From Gordius albopunctatus (taxonomy: Eukaryota), in NCBI GenBank assembly GCA_964276515.1, contig OZ193909.1:18476001-18540000 (forward strand): a DNA stretch of 64,000 bases, in the 5' to 3' direction. Positions 46,141 through 59,561 of this stretch are shown one piece after another. Within the stretch, counting starts at the first letter, position 1, and the number at the start of each line of letters is the position of its first letter. Position numbers and translations under genes: made by a program. The notes under the pieces are model-generated. The model saw only the letters and a program-made list of their open reading frames with translations. It did not search any database and was not told where the DNA came from.

Positions 46141-47132
46141 CTGCTTACTAATGGAAGTTATTGCATTTTAATCAAAAACTTAGCGTGGTTATGTATATAA
46201 TTTTAATTAGTTTTTTCTTGATCAAAATTTTTGACAAAAATAACCTTTCCCTCCCCCACAACGGGTTGCCGTAAAAGATATCAACAGAAGGGGAAGCAAG
46301 CGAGCATCGACAACCGGGAGCAAGAGCTCCAAGTGAACAAATTCAAAACCAGTTGGGAACAGCTAGAGAAGAACCTAGATACCCACAGCGTAGTTTAAAC
46401 CGCCAACATCTCTTAAGGATTTTGTTTGTGAAAATGGGGGAACTGTAGAGAGGTAATTGGAGTGCGAAGCGCCTCGGGTGATAAGTAAATTACCTAAAAG
46501 TAGAATGTATTAGTAATGCCTCGAGTTACAATTATATTACCATTAATTGGTTTTAGCGTATGATTTCGTTCTGTATACACGATTATCATTCTTACAATTT
46601 TATATTCCTCCCTAACGTTAATTATTACGCTTCAATAAGTGCCATTTACTCTATACAATCACCGCTCCATAAAAATTTAAAGAAAATATAAATATTATTA
46701 AACTAAATTTATGTTTACCTAATATAATAATCTCCCATTTAAATATTCTCCGTAATAACATCCAAGTATTATATAAGAATACTATATTATTACTTTAATA
46801 ATTGTTAGACCGTCATTTAAATTACTCTGAAAAAATTTCAAAATTATTTAATAATTCTAATTTATTAATCATGTGTTTAGAAATTATAGCCCATTGTTAA
46901 AAAAATCTCCATCATGAAACTTCACGCTTGATCAATTTTAAAAGGTCGATACAAAATAAGGTAATGAGATTAGGTTTCATATATTAGATTATTATTCGTA
47001 TTTCAAGTTGTTTTTTATTAATTTTGCAAAGATGTGATTAAATTTTAAACAAAATGAGTCATATATAGCTAATATAACAACCCATTGGCATTTTTATGAG
47101 TTTTATAATATTTATATAGATAAACCAATTGA

Positions 47133-50100
47133 ATGAATAATTTGAGTTTCCAAAATCAATCCATGATGCAAGCATCATATATGGATATTGATAAGGGTCT
47201 TCCTATGCAAAGTAGCAAAGAGCAAACCTTACAATGGCAGCAAAGTCATTATCTTGGAGATTCTGGAATTCAGACTGAAATGAATACAAGGGTATATATT
47301 TTTAAGTTTTTAGCTCCATATTCTAAGTATATTTTATTTATGTTCCTTTACTTTTAACCGATCTTTATTTTTTTTATTAGGCCCCTTCTATTTCTGGCCA
47401 CACTCAAATGGATGATGGTATGCAACATGGTCATGTTCAACAACCCAATAATAATTATGGAATGAATATGGGTGGGAATGTTGGGCAAAATTTTGATTGG
47501 GGACAAGGTAAATTTTTCTAGGCCCTATTTTTAGAAAAAAATTTATATTTGTAAGGAATTTTTAAGTTAATTAGTTTATAAAAATTCACTTGCTTTAAAA
47601 TCTATATTGAGCCAATAAAAAAAGATTAAAACCTTATAATTTCAGACATCTAATCTAAAATAGTGTTTTGGTTGGTGTGTTAATTTTTTCCATCCTAATA
47701 TTATAGAACCATTCATTAGGTGCTTTAAAATTAAAAATTGGATTTATTTTTAAATTTATTGTTTAATCACATAAATATATGATATTTTAGATATAAATCA
47801 CGTTTTGAATCAAACTCGTGGTCAACGCATAAGAGCAGCCATGTTTCCAGAAACTATGGACGAAGGGGTTGAAATAACTTCAACACAATTTGATATGGAA
47901 GAACCTACAGCTGTTCAGAGACTTTCAGAACCAAGCCAGATATTGAAACATGCAGTGGGAAATTTGATAAATTATCAAGTAAATATACTTCACTCTCCAA
48001 AAATCTTAATTTTGTCACACAAAATTATTATAAAGAAATAATCAACGCAGTTTTTTATTGTTTGAAGGCTATGAATGTACTAATATATAATAGTGGTGCT
48101 CCTCTATTTTTCCCTATGTATCTTAGGACGACGCAGACTTAGCTACCCGGGCCCTGCCCGACCTGGTCAAGCTACTCAATGACGAAAGCCGGGTCGTTGT
48201 GGCTCAGGCTGCAGCCATAGTACACCGCCTGTCCAAGAAGGAAGCCAGTCGAAGGGCCATCGTAAATTCGGCCACGAGTCCGGCTCTGGTTTCGGCCCTA
48301 GTGGGAGCCACCCTGCCCAGAACCGGGCCTGGCACCAATCAGCTGATCGGGGCGGGGCCGGGCAAAGAGGTCGGGCCCGAGGCGGTGGAGACGCTCAAGA
48401 GTGTGGCGGGAGCATTGTACAATATATCCCACCACGAACGGGGCCTTTCGGCCATCTTCGAAAGCGGGGGCATTCCTGCCCTCATAAATTTGCTTAGGTG
48501 AATAAACATGTTTTTTATTTGGGGTTTCGCAGTTTTCTCCTTTGATTGTTGATAATATTACTCATACATTTTCCTCCCTAAGTTTTTTATCGTCGTCCCT
48601 CACTAAAGTTTGTTAACCACGTTGTCATGGGTGTAGACAAGAGGGGCGGCTGCCCCCCTTTAAATCCAAAAAATTGTTGAAATTTATTAAAATTATCCCT
48701 AAAAATTCAAAAATGAATATTTTGCCTCTCCCTAATTCTTTATTGTCCCCCCCTCTGATTTCAATGCCGGGTTCCTTTTATTAATTTCACGGCTTTAATA
48801 GCAGAATAGTCGTTAAATTTTGATATCGTAAACTAATGTCATATAATAGTAAAAGACGAGCCAAAAATAATATATAGAAATTAATCCTTAATTTAACAAA
48901 ATTGACAATTGGTTTTTAGTTCACAAAGGATTTTTGGCATTGAACCTGATTTCATTTTAATTCAAAATATTCCATGGAAAGTGAGTGGGGGGGGGGAAAT
49001 GGGAGGAGAACGTTGTCAAATAAATTAGATCGGAGCTCGTTAACGCCAAATTATCATCGAATTTTACACTCTTTAACAAATTTGTTTCATTACTCTTCGT
49101 AGTGTTGTAAAAACGGCTCGGTTTTTTCGGTGGACCTTAGGTTTTAGTCTTCTAAACCTGAACAGACCAAAGTTTTTCCCTCCATTTTTCTTAGTCGCGT
49201 AAACAGAGACCAAAGTTTTTTTGGTCTGATTTCGTTTAAAATCTAAAATTTTTGTTTTGTCAATTATCTACAAAAGACCTCATCTATTCCTCACAGTTCT
49301 CACGTGGAGAGCGTTCTGTTTTACGCTATAACCACGATCCACAACCTGTTACTGCACCAGAACGGGAGCAAAGCGGCCGTGAGACAGGCCGGGGGCATAC
49401 AGAAGATGGTGACCCTGTTGCAAAAGGACAACGTAAAGTTTTTGGCCATCGCCACAGATTGCTTGCAAATCCTCGCCTACGGGAATCAGGAAAGCAAAGT
49501 AATTTCCAGTTTTTTTTCATCCCTTTAAACTCAGAAATTAATATTAAAATTTGGGACCGAAATTGTGTTATACATGATACATATACGGCCAAAGTGGGAG
49601 AAAATGGGTTTATACAGTGTTTGGCGAGGGTCTTTTTGAAGACTAGAAAGGCTCGTGATTTTAATGGAAAAATACTTAACGCTGTGGGTTTGATGGATGT
49701 TAATGTATCGATTGTTGAACATAAGCTTATAGTTAATGATAAATAACCCTCCGACTTTCTCATGGCAAAAATGGGTATTCAACAACCTATGGCTCACTTG
49801 ATTAACGAAAATCGGCTAAAGCGGTATGGACATATACTAAGAATGGAGACGAATGATGGAAAAATCGAGAAAGTACTGGACATGGAGGTCCCGGGGAAGA
49901 GAGGAAGCGAACGACCCCGTCTCACGTGGAAAGGGCAAGTGGACAAAGTTATAAAAACGAAAGAGATTAGTCGAGATATGGCACTCACCCGGTCAAGGTG
50001 GAAGAAACTCGTCAAAACAAACCCCACGACTGTGGGACCAAATAACTGATACGGAAAAGGAAAAATTACACTAATTTTGTCGTATATTCCTTAGCACGGA

Positions 50101-53100
50101 CGGAAAGAAACATACTTTATCTAATGGCACAATATTATGTAAATTTTTTATATTTTGAATGGTAAAAATTGTTGATGAATATAATTTAAGTGTAAAAAAT
50201 TTACGATTTTTTCCCTTTCTCTTTGTGCCACTTTAGCTCATCATGCTTTCCAGTGGTGGTCCATCCGAACTCGTACGCATCATGCGAAGCTACAATTACG
50301 AAAAAGTGTTGTGGACCACGTCTCGCGTCCTAAAAGTACTGTCCGTCTGTCCAAATAACAAGCCGGCCATACTCAACGCGGGTCAGTTCATTTTACCCAC
50401 GCTACTGAGGCGGGTCGTGTAATCAATATGATGCCACCCCCTCTTTATCGATTATATCCATATGAAAATTTTAGTTGTAACTTCATAAAATCCAAATTTA
50501 AAGCCTATATAAACTTTAATCGATTGCTTAATTTGATTTCTAAAAAAATTATTGTGTTTTTTTGTAAAATTAGCGTCTAAATTTCATAAAACATCTAACC
50601 TATGATGCAGAGGGGGTCATGGGGTAACATTAAATTTCTGAAATTTAAGCTATAACTTCGGAAAATCCAAATTTAAAGCTTATATTAACTTTAATCGATC
50701 GCTTAGTTGATTTGTGAAAGGTTCAAAGTGTTTTTTAAAACTTAGCCTTTTACATTCTGTAATAAAATTGGATGGGATGGTGTGTGGATGTGAAGATAGA
50801 TTTTTGTGCCCTTTCGATTGGAGGTCGTTAAAGACGCGCCTTTAAAAAGTTAAATTTAGCTAGGAGGACTTCAATTTTGCCGTGTTTATGCAGGGGGATT
50901 ACAAGCTCTAACCATGCACCTGAACAATAGCAGTCATCGCCTGGTTCAAAATTGCTTGTGGGCCATCCGTAATCTATCGGACGCCGCCATTAGACAGGTA
51001 AGAGAGAGAAAATATTGATTTCTACCAATACATCAATAAAATAAATATCGATTATGGATCGTTGCATAAACATCTGAGTTTATCGATTTATCTAATCCCT
51101 AAAGACACAAAGGTTAAAGCTATATGTAAAAATGATAAAATATAATTACTCTTTAATAAGGCATCAGTTTCTGTTAAACTATTGCTAACTACTAACTACA
51201 TGGGCTGAGGTGGGGGATGGCAGGCAGCGTTGACTGCCCCCCCCCCCATTAATTTTTTTAAATATAATATAAAGATGGCTTTAATTTCTAAAAACTATCA
51301 TTTTGCCCTTCCCTTAATCATTGTCGTTCTGCGCGGCAATTAATAGTTTTTCAACGTTTGCTAGACTAGATGATCTCGTAACTATTGCGAAGTTGCAACT
51401 TTCTAGCATCAATTTGGCTATTCATTTGAGAATAGTTTTATCTGGGGACCTATATTTGGACTGCTCATTCTCTTTAATAGAGATTAGTGGACCTAAATTA
51501 AGATGAAATCTACAATTTTTTCCGTCTATTACCGCTTTAAGTATAAATTTACACATCTTTTTTGTTTAATATCGTATTAAAAGGAAAATTTGGATGCGCT
51601 GCTACAAACCCTGGTACGATTGCTGTGTTCGCAAGACATAAACCTCGTCATTTGCGCTTCGGGCATCCTCAGCAACTTTACCTGCAACAACCAAACCAAC
51701 AAAACCATCGTTTTCAATTGCGGGGGCGTGCAGGCCTTGCTACAAGCGGTCCACACGTTCCCCGACCGCGAAGAAATCACCGAGACCGCTGTAAATTGCA
51801 CATTAGCCTTCGTAGCTTATATTTCTGTCTCATCCCCTTACAGTTGGTAGAATTAAACTTTGTAATTCAATTGCCTATCACATCCACGAAGAATAGTATG
51901 ATAACATGTAATAACGTCGCTCTTTTCATGTGTTAGTCTACTATTTTTATCCCCATAGTTTCCTCCTATTTAGGATCCTATGAAAAAATGGCCTTTACTT
52001 TACTCAAAAAAATAGACAGGCGATCCCCTCCCTCCAAATATTCCCCCGCAATTTTATGGAAACAATCAATAGCCATCTTCAATGCAAAATTTTATTACAA
52101 TTTTTTGGGGATTCCTGGCCTCTTCTAAAAGAGGAAGACTAAAACATATCACTTATATATATAGTTTTTTAAATATTATTATTGTATAATTGTAGTATAT
52201 TATATTATGTCCAATATATATCAATAAACTAACTTTTAACTTTAGAAAGGATATTACAAAGCGATCAATTATTTATTAAGTTATTTTTATGAAATGCATG
52301 GCTCTAGGTGTGTGCCCTGAGACACTTAACTAGCCGACACCCGGAATCTGAGAACGCGCAAAATGCTGTTAGAATCCATAATGGAATCCCGATTTTGGTG
52401 AAACTGTTGAACCCGCCAAGCTCTTGGCCGCTCATAAAAGTAACATTTTATGAAATATCACTAATACTCATCGTTTGCGAATTGCATGGTTTTTTTTTAA
52501 AATTACCTCGATCTTCGGTAATAATAGAAGTTTGCATGACTTTGATGGAGAAAAAAGTTGTTTAGCCCGACCTTGTATCGTTTTAAGATAATTTGCCAAA
52601 TTTTTGAGAAGAAAAATTCGTGTTTTCTTACTGATTACCAATTGATAACTTTAGAATATAAATCTTTTTTTCTCCCGCGATAAATCTTCAATTTTCGTTG
52701 CTTGTTGTGTACATTTTATTTCAAAAATTATGAATGTCGATATGAAAAATTTGATAAAAAAAATTTTTTTTTTCTTTAGCCCCGCGATGTATATCCATAA
52801 TTTTCTATGCTTTGCCTCATAACTGTTTAGGCGGTTATCGGAGTTATCAGAAATTTGGCTTGTTGCCCCTCGAATCACCCAACCCTGCGTGAACAAGGGA
52901 CGCTGCCCAAGCTGGCTCAGATTTTGATGCACGCCAACCAAAATTCTTCCCAGGTGAGCTCCCTAAATTGCTTGAAATGGCTAAACTATAAATTATTATG
53001 TAAGGATGTGTTTTGATACGCGATTTTGAATCTAGGTTAAAAAAGCGAATTCATGTTGAAAAAACATAGACGCGTGTTAATAGGAGTGTCAAGTCATTTT

Positions 53101-56100
53101 TGATTTGTTTTTGTGTTTTTTGTAACTCATAAAACAAATATTTATCCTTTAATTACCCGTACTAATGCATTGTTCGAGGATTATCTGTATGTAGAAACAT
53201 ATTCAGTATATTCACTCTTTTTGTAAAAGCTCATAAAGTTCTGTCGATGCATTTTGTCGCGGTTTTAAGTTGTTAATCATTAATGCAAAGTTGATATAAA
53301 TGCCAGATGTTTTGCCTCGTTCATTAAAAATAGCCCATATTGTGAAAATACGTACCCTTTTAAAATTCCGTTTTGGCGCTTAATTTTTTTCAATTCTTCA
53401 ACTATTTTGCCATATACGTCAATTTAGACAAATTACGTTAAGCATTCTATATATCCAAATTGATCCTTAATCTAGCAATAATTAATTTCTATGATTGACC
53501 ACCCTAGTTACATTTCATATTTACATTTTTAAACCCTACAAGTTGGACAAGACAGACAAGACTAAACTGGCAATTTAAACTAATTTTTTTAAATATATTT
53601 ACAGAAATCTCTGCCCAACCAAGCGGGGCAACAGCAGTGTAAGCAACCGGGCAAGGAACAGCAAAACTCCGCGCTCATCATGGACGAAATCATGGAGGCG
53701 TCCGTGGGTGCGATGCACGTATTGGCTAGGGAAGCCTTTAATCGGGCTTTCATACGAGAACTCAACATCATACCCATCTTCGTGCAGGTACGGTTCTCAC
53801 TTTAACACGCCCCACCCCGTTTGAAAGTGTCGATCTTTAGCGACCTGCCGTTTGAGTCCCATTCTAAAATACATAGGTTTTAGCCAAATTTGTCCCTACC
53901 TAAAATTTCTTTGCCGTTTCATGATAATTGCGAATCTTTTTTTATAAGACAGAAAATCGGCGCGCCTATTCTTAAACATATAATTCAGTTGCAAGATCAG
54001 AGTGTTTTCCAAATATTTATAATACTTAATATTTTTATTATTTCATTCATCTTCACAAAATCTTAACGAATAATAAAATTATTGTTGTTTTTATCGATCG
54101 ATTTTGTTTTGCCTAGCTGTTGTATTCGGACATCGAGAACATACAAAGAGTAGCGGCGGGCGTGCTTTGTGAATTGGCCGCTGAAAAGGAGGGCGTAGAA
54201 CTGATTGAACAAGAAGGGGCCACCGCACCCCTAACCGATCTCTTGCATTCTCACAACGAGGGTGTGGGTAAGTGTCCTGCTCAGTAATTTCGATTCAAAA
54301 TGCTCAGTAATTTGAAGGGAGGTGAGGCCAAGCTAAGAAATGACACGTATAAATGCTAAGATTCTAAATTAAAAAACTTTGAGATATTGGATAATCTATT
54401 TTGCAGTCGGAATGTCAATTGCTTGATAAAGGGAAAGCCTCGGCTTGTTAATATACCTAAGGCCGCCCCATTTTTTTAAATTAAAGAGGTCGTATTTTTG
54501 GGTTGTTATTATAGTTACACAGGGTCGCATGTTTATCGGGTTTGGCTCCGCGCCCAGGAGCTCTTTAAGTTGTCTCTTGAATGTAATGAGACAGGAGGTG
54601 GCCAGTTGTGTAGTGTCGTTCTCCGAATGGTATTTTTAGCGATATATCAGAATCCATCATGAGCCCAAAATTGTTCATGGGTTCGTAAAAAATTTCTCAT
54701 CGCGTTTAAGAAATAATGAATTGAGGGATGTGTGCTGTAGTTTAGTGAAACTCCCCCTCACCGACCTATTAATAAACATCGTCACTCTGCGTATGATCCA
54801 CCAGCCTTAGTTTTCGCCCATTTTCATTTTTCACCACCACGATATATAGATTAGTGTGAAAACGGCTGGGTTTGTTTGGTGGACTTTTGGTACCAAAGTT
54901 GTTTTGGTCTCCCCTTTTCTTATTCCACCACGGGGCTTGGTCGAAATGGGAAAAACGGACCCGAGTTGACCATTAGTCTTAGTTGAACCAAACACTATTT
55001 AAAAGCGATTTTATTAAAATTCAATGCGTTCTTTAGCGACGTACGTGGCAGCCTTGCTATTTAGGATGTCTGAAGATAAGCCGCAAGACTACAAGAAGAG
55101 ACTATCCTTGGAGCTGACCACTTCCCTCTTCAATACCCACACCCTCTCTGGCCCCAACAATAATACTAACAACCCCAATAACATCAACGGAGCTCCTCAG
55201 CAATGGCATGAACTGGGCCAGGTATCGGACACTAATTCTTCTACATTTCTCTTCATCTTCCCCACTCTAAATCCAAATATTAGTTGAAATTTATTATAGT
55301 TATGACTACATTTTACCCGTCTCTAAATAATTATTGCCTCCCTTTAATTCCAATGCTGGGTATACCCATGCTGAATTGAGCTAGAAGCGGTATAAAGCAA
55401 CAAAAAGTAAAATATATGGAAAAACAGGTTTGACGTGGGTTTACGCTTCTTTTAAAACGTTGGCTAATTGTTTTCGGTTAATCGCATTGTAACAGTGTGG
55501 ATTCTTGATAACTCGCCATTCGCCTAGTTGTTATCTAGCTTCTATACCCATGAAAGGTTGGGCACGATTTTGGTGAGTCTGTGTCCTAGTTGTATTTTTT
55601 AGGCTTTTTATTCTTTGGCGTTCCTATATAGATAGCTCCTTAAATTCTTTTATTTATAATTGGAAGGCCAAGTCAAACTCATTTTTAAATTAAGCTTACC
55701 AAAATAGTGTCAAAATTTAGCGTTGATTCTACGATATTTTTCATTTTTTAGGTTTCTTCTGATTACTTCGCCCCACCGCCAGCACCCCACCCACCCCCAT
55801 CTAACATGCTGATGATGCAGGGCTCGCCCCTTTCGGGATCCGCCCGCCCTCCACCCTCAGCCGTTGCCCCACCCTCACAATATGGCGTACCCGTGGGTAA
55901 TGGGGGATTTCACCCCTCACAGCCCCACCCTTCGGCCCCATCCCATTTTAACGCGGGAGGCGGTCAGCACTATCAGCATTCTCACCCGCAGCAGCAACAT
56001 TTCGGTGGGGGTCAGGCCCCCCAATCCGCACCCCCTCAGAATTGGCATCAGGGTCACCCAGGAGGACCGCCCGGTCACGCCCCTATGCCACCCTCAATGG

Positions 56101-56724
56101 TGCACTACGGCAATCAACAACACGCTGGAGGTATATTAGCTAAAAACACCATTTTGATTGCTAGTACAGTACCTTCTAAATATGGAAAATTTCGGATTTA
56201 TCAAATAAGGTGTACGTGGTTATAATATATATAGTTGAGTAAAGACGCTATGTAAATGTTGGAATATCTTTCATAAGGTGAAAAGCTTTAAAAATATAAT
56301 TTTGTTTTCAGTAAGAACATTTTTTATTGCTCGTGTTTAGTGGGGGAGTGGTAATAATAAAAAAATAGGATGTGATATGTTTAAAATCTTTACTTTTTTG
56401 CGAAGTGCCTCCGCATAAGTTCTTTTATCGCTTTATAGTCTTTTTAAATTTTCACCTCTATATTATGACAAAGTGATTAATATTACTTAATTACTAATAT
56501 ATCATTTTAAAGTACTTAATGTTTGCCCTTACCTCCATACAGGTCAAGCCATGAGCATGCCCATGTCTTACGAACAACAAGGTCAACACCAGGGCGGCCA
56601 ACATCACCCAGGCATGCAGGTCATGAATAATATACCCAACGGAGGAGGTTCCACCTATATGAATGGAAATGATAATTCTAACAACTCACTCCTAACTGGC
56701 AATTGGTTCGATACCGACCTTTGA
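47133..56724 (+). CDS. arm: Beta-catenin / armadillo; 15 coding exons, about 945 aa
   Basis: [17 protein letters not shown] degron, [80 protein letters not shown]-terminal WFDTDL*. Exons: 47133-47291, 47381-47507, 47791-47978, 48127-48497, 49297-49498, 50237-50381, 50894-50997, 51584-51790, 52308-52439, 52831-52953, 53605-53787, 54117-54267, 55037-55221, 55752-56130, 56543-56724 (sum 2838 nt, phases consistent). Confidence 0.97.
49755..50065 (+). mobile_element. RTE-type LINE 3' fragment in beta-catenin intron 5
   Basis: ORF 49762-50049: [11 protein letters not shown]...[12 protein letters not shown]...TRSRWKKLV, a typical RTE C-terminal tail. Confidence 0.8.
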
Positions 56725-57574
56725 AACTTGAATTTAAAAAATGTCTTTAGCACTCTTCTCTTATAATTATCAACTTATTTTCATTTCTATCATACAATGT
56801 AATCTTTTCAATTTTTTACATACTTTTAACTGAGAAATTGCCTGGAATGAATGTCCTAAAGTAAGGAGAAGATGGAGAAAAGATTGCGTTTTTTCATTTG
56901 TGATAAATACCATTTAAAAGTTTCCAGTATTTTAATCATTGTTCTCTCAAGCATTTCGATCAAAGCACTCTTTCATTGTGATTACTTACACCTTACTTTT
57001 TGACAATTTTTTACATAATTTTTCAGTTATATATATCAACATTTGTATCATGTAGTAGTACACAACGCTTTTTTACACTTTAAACCATGTGTAGTTTTTA
57101 CCCTAGAGTATATATATATTTATATTTTACTGCTTCATCAATTATACTTTATGCAACCACGTACATTATTTTTATGATTTCAGTAATTTATAGTTTAAAA
57201 CTATTTTAACTTATACTTGACGATGAATGTTTATTGAAAATAAATGGCTAGCATTAATAAACTTTATGATTTTAGGGTTTTAGAGTATTTCGTTTTTAAA
57301 TGGATTTGATCACACTTTTAAATTACAAGATGGAAATATGATAGGCCCTTAGAAGGTCAAGTAGTCTTCTCATGTTTTGTAAAATTGGTAAATGGCGTGT
57401 GCCTTTTAACTGTTTACCCAATCTATATGTGAAAACTAATACTATGCCATATCTTTTTTTATTATACATAGATTCCAGATTATCCTATGTATTAATATCG
57501 GATAAGTTATTTTATATCAAAATTTTATAAAAAATAATTTTTTTATTTAAAAAAGTAACATAGCTACTCAAGTT

Positions 57575-59559
57575 TGTAGGGAAACAAATTACACTTACCT
57601 TGGAAAGATTTGGTTATAATACGTACAAGGTGAAAATAGAAAGAATACACACACAGAATCAACTTTCATTTGAATGTTATCCTTATCTATCGCTATATAA
57701 ACTCACTCTTTTATAAGTTTTGGATCATTGTTCTTTTATCGTGTAATAAATTATATTCCTCCTCTCTCACTAAAAATGGTGACCCCGACCTTTTTTCCCC
57801 TCAACAATCTCAGAGATTAATTAGTTATCGTTCGCAAACAATTTTTTTTTCCTAAATATTATTCATTAAAATGGAAAATAAACAAGAGATTGAAGCAACT
57901 ATACAGCTGAAGATACCCACATTTTATCGCAGAAATGTCAGAATTTGGTTGGCCCAGGCAGAGGCCGTATTCCAGGCAAGAAGAATTACCTCCGAAAAAT
58001 CAAAATTTGGTTATATTCTTGAAACGTTACCACCCGAAATCGCTGAAGAGGTGGAGGATTTAATCATTAATATTCCAACTGATCAACCATTTCAGAAACT
58101 CAAACAAGAACTTATCAAGAGGGTTGGCGAATCAGATGAATCAAGATTGATGGAATTTTTAAAGGCAGTGGATTTAGGGGATAGATCCCCATCGCAACTT
58201 TTACGATACATGAAGAGTTTAGTGGGAACATACGTTCTTGACCAAAAGATTCTAAAGGAACTCTGGCTCAACAAATTGCCTTGTGAACTCATTCCCATAT
58301 TGGTCTCGTTTAATGAAGATACTACACTGGAGAAATTGGCTAAAACAGCCGACCGCATCGTGCTGTCAAAAAAAACAACTAATTATGTTAATAACATTCA
58401 TAACCAAAAAAAACACTCCACTGATGCATACCCTAAAGAACTAACAGAGGTTTTATCTGCTTTAAATAGGACATTAGAAAAGATAGGTCAACCTCAGACC
58501 CCTTTTCACTCTTCTGGGATTTCAAACAACAGACCATTGTGCTGGTATCATGACACTTGGGGATCCAACGCCAGGAAGTGTGTCGAACCATGTTGTTTTG
58601 GAAAAGGGTTAAACAGGCAGGCCTACCAGTAAAGGCGATAGCTGGATTCGGCCATATCAACCATAATCGCCTTTTCTATGTTTTTGACAAAATATCAGGT
58701 TTACGTTATCTGATTGACACGGGAGCCCAAATTAGTGTAATTCCACCGACAACAAAAACTAAAGTAACATTAAATAAATTATTTTTAAAAGCAGCTAATT
58801 CGAGCAATATAAATACTTACGGACAAACATCGTTAAAATTTGATATAGGTTTAAAAAGAGAATTTAACTGGACTTTTTTGATCGCAGACGTTCATTCACC
58901 GATATTAGGTTCAGATTTTATATCACACTTTGGTTTAATAATTGATGTTAAAAATAAACGCATAATTAATCCACAAAATTATTCTCTAAAATTATCGAAT
59001 ATAACCAATTCCTCAATGTCATCTATAAACAGTCCAATTCCACAGGATAATGATTTTTACTCTATATTAAAACAATTTCCTGATATTACAAAGCCACCAG
59101 ATTTTAATGAGAAAGTGAAACATAATACCCAACACCATATAATAACGAAAGGACCAGCGATACATTGTTCTCCACGACGTTTAAACCCCGAAAAATTTAA
59201 AATAGCAAAAAAAGAATTTGAAGAGATGAGTAGATTAGGCATAATAAAACCCTCACATAGTAAATGGTCATCCCCCTTACATATGGTACCAAAAGAGACC
59301 CCAGGGACATGGCGTCCATGTGGAGATTTTAGAATGCTTAATTACGCAACAAAACCTGATAGATACCCCATTCCACATCTACATGATTTCGCTTTAAATC
59401 TAACAGGTAAATGCATTTTTTCAAAGTTGGATTTAGTAAAAGCTTACCATCAAATTCCGATGGCACCAGAGGACATCCCTAAGACCGCAATCACAACACC
59501 TTTTGGACTGTTTGAATTTGTAAGAATGCCGTTCGGAGTGCGGAACGCAGCACAAACAT
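57575..59559 (+). mobile_element. CsRn1/Kabuki-like Ty3/Gypsy element, 5' half (putative LTR about 57575-57774, PBS, gag, protease, N-terminal RT)
   Basis: tgtag start; PBS tggtgaccccgac at 57777-57789 (tRNA-Trp-like); gag with a CHCC motif. LTR limits are uncertain because no second LTR is in the window. Confidence 0.85.
57871..58632 (+). CDS. Gag (CsRn1-like, CHCC motif), 253 aa
   Basis: [45 protein letters not shown] (C-x2-H-x9-C-x3-C). Confidence 0.9.
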   Translation: MENKQEIEATIQLKIPTFYRRNVRIWLAQAEAVFQARRITSEKSKFGYILETLPPEIAEEVEDLIINIPTDQPFQKLKQELIKRVGESDESRLMEFLKAVDLGDRSPSQLLRYMKSLVGTYVLDQKILKELWLNKLPCELIPILVSFNEDTTLEKLAKTADRIVLSKKTTNYVNNIHNQKKHSTDAYPKELTEVLSALNRTLEKIGQPQTPFHSSGISNNRPLCWYHDTWGSNARKCVEPCCFGKGLNRQAYQ

Positions 59560-59561
59560 AA
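58557..59561 (+). pseudogene. Pol N-terminal part (protease plus RT up to GVRNAAQT), in the -1 frame to gag, truncated at an inversion junction
   Basis: [48 protein letters not shown]. Overlaps the gag end around gggttaaac. Confidence 0.9.

Noticed and set aside
49252..49797. Overlapping ORFs of 88-164 aa around beta-catenin exon 5
   Set aside because: Alternative-frame or antisense shadows of a GC-rich exon running into intron.
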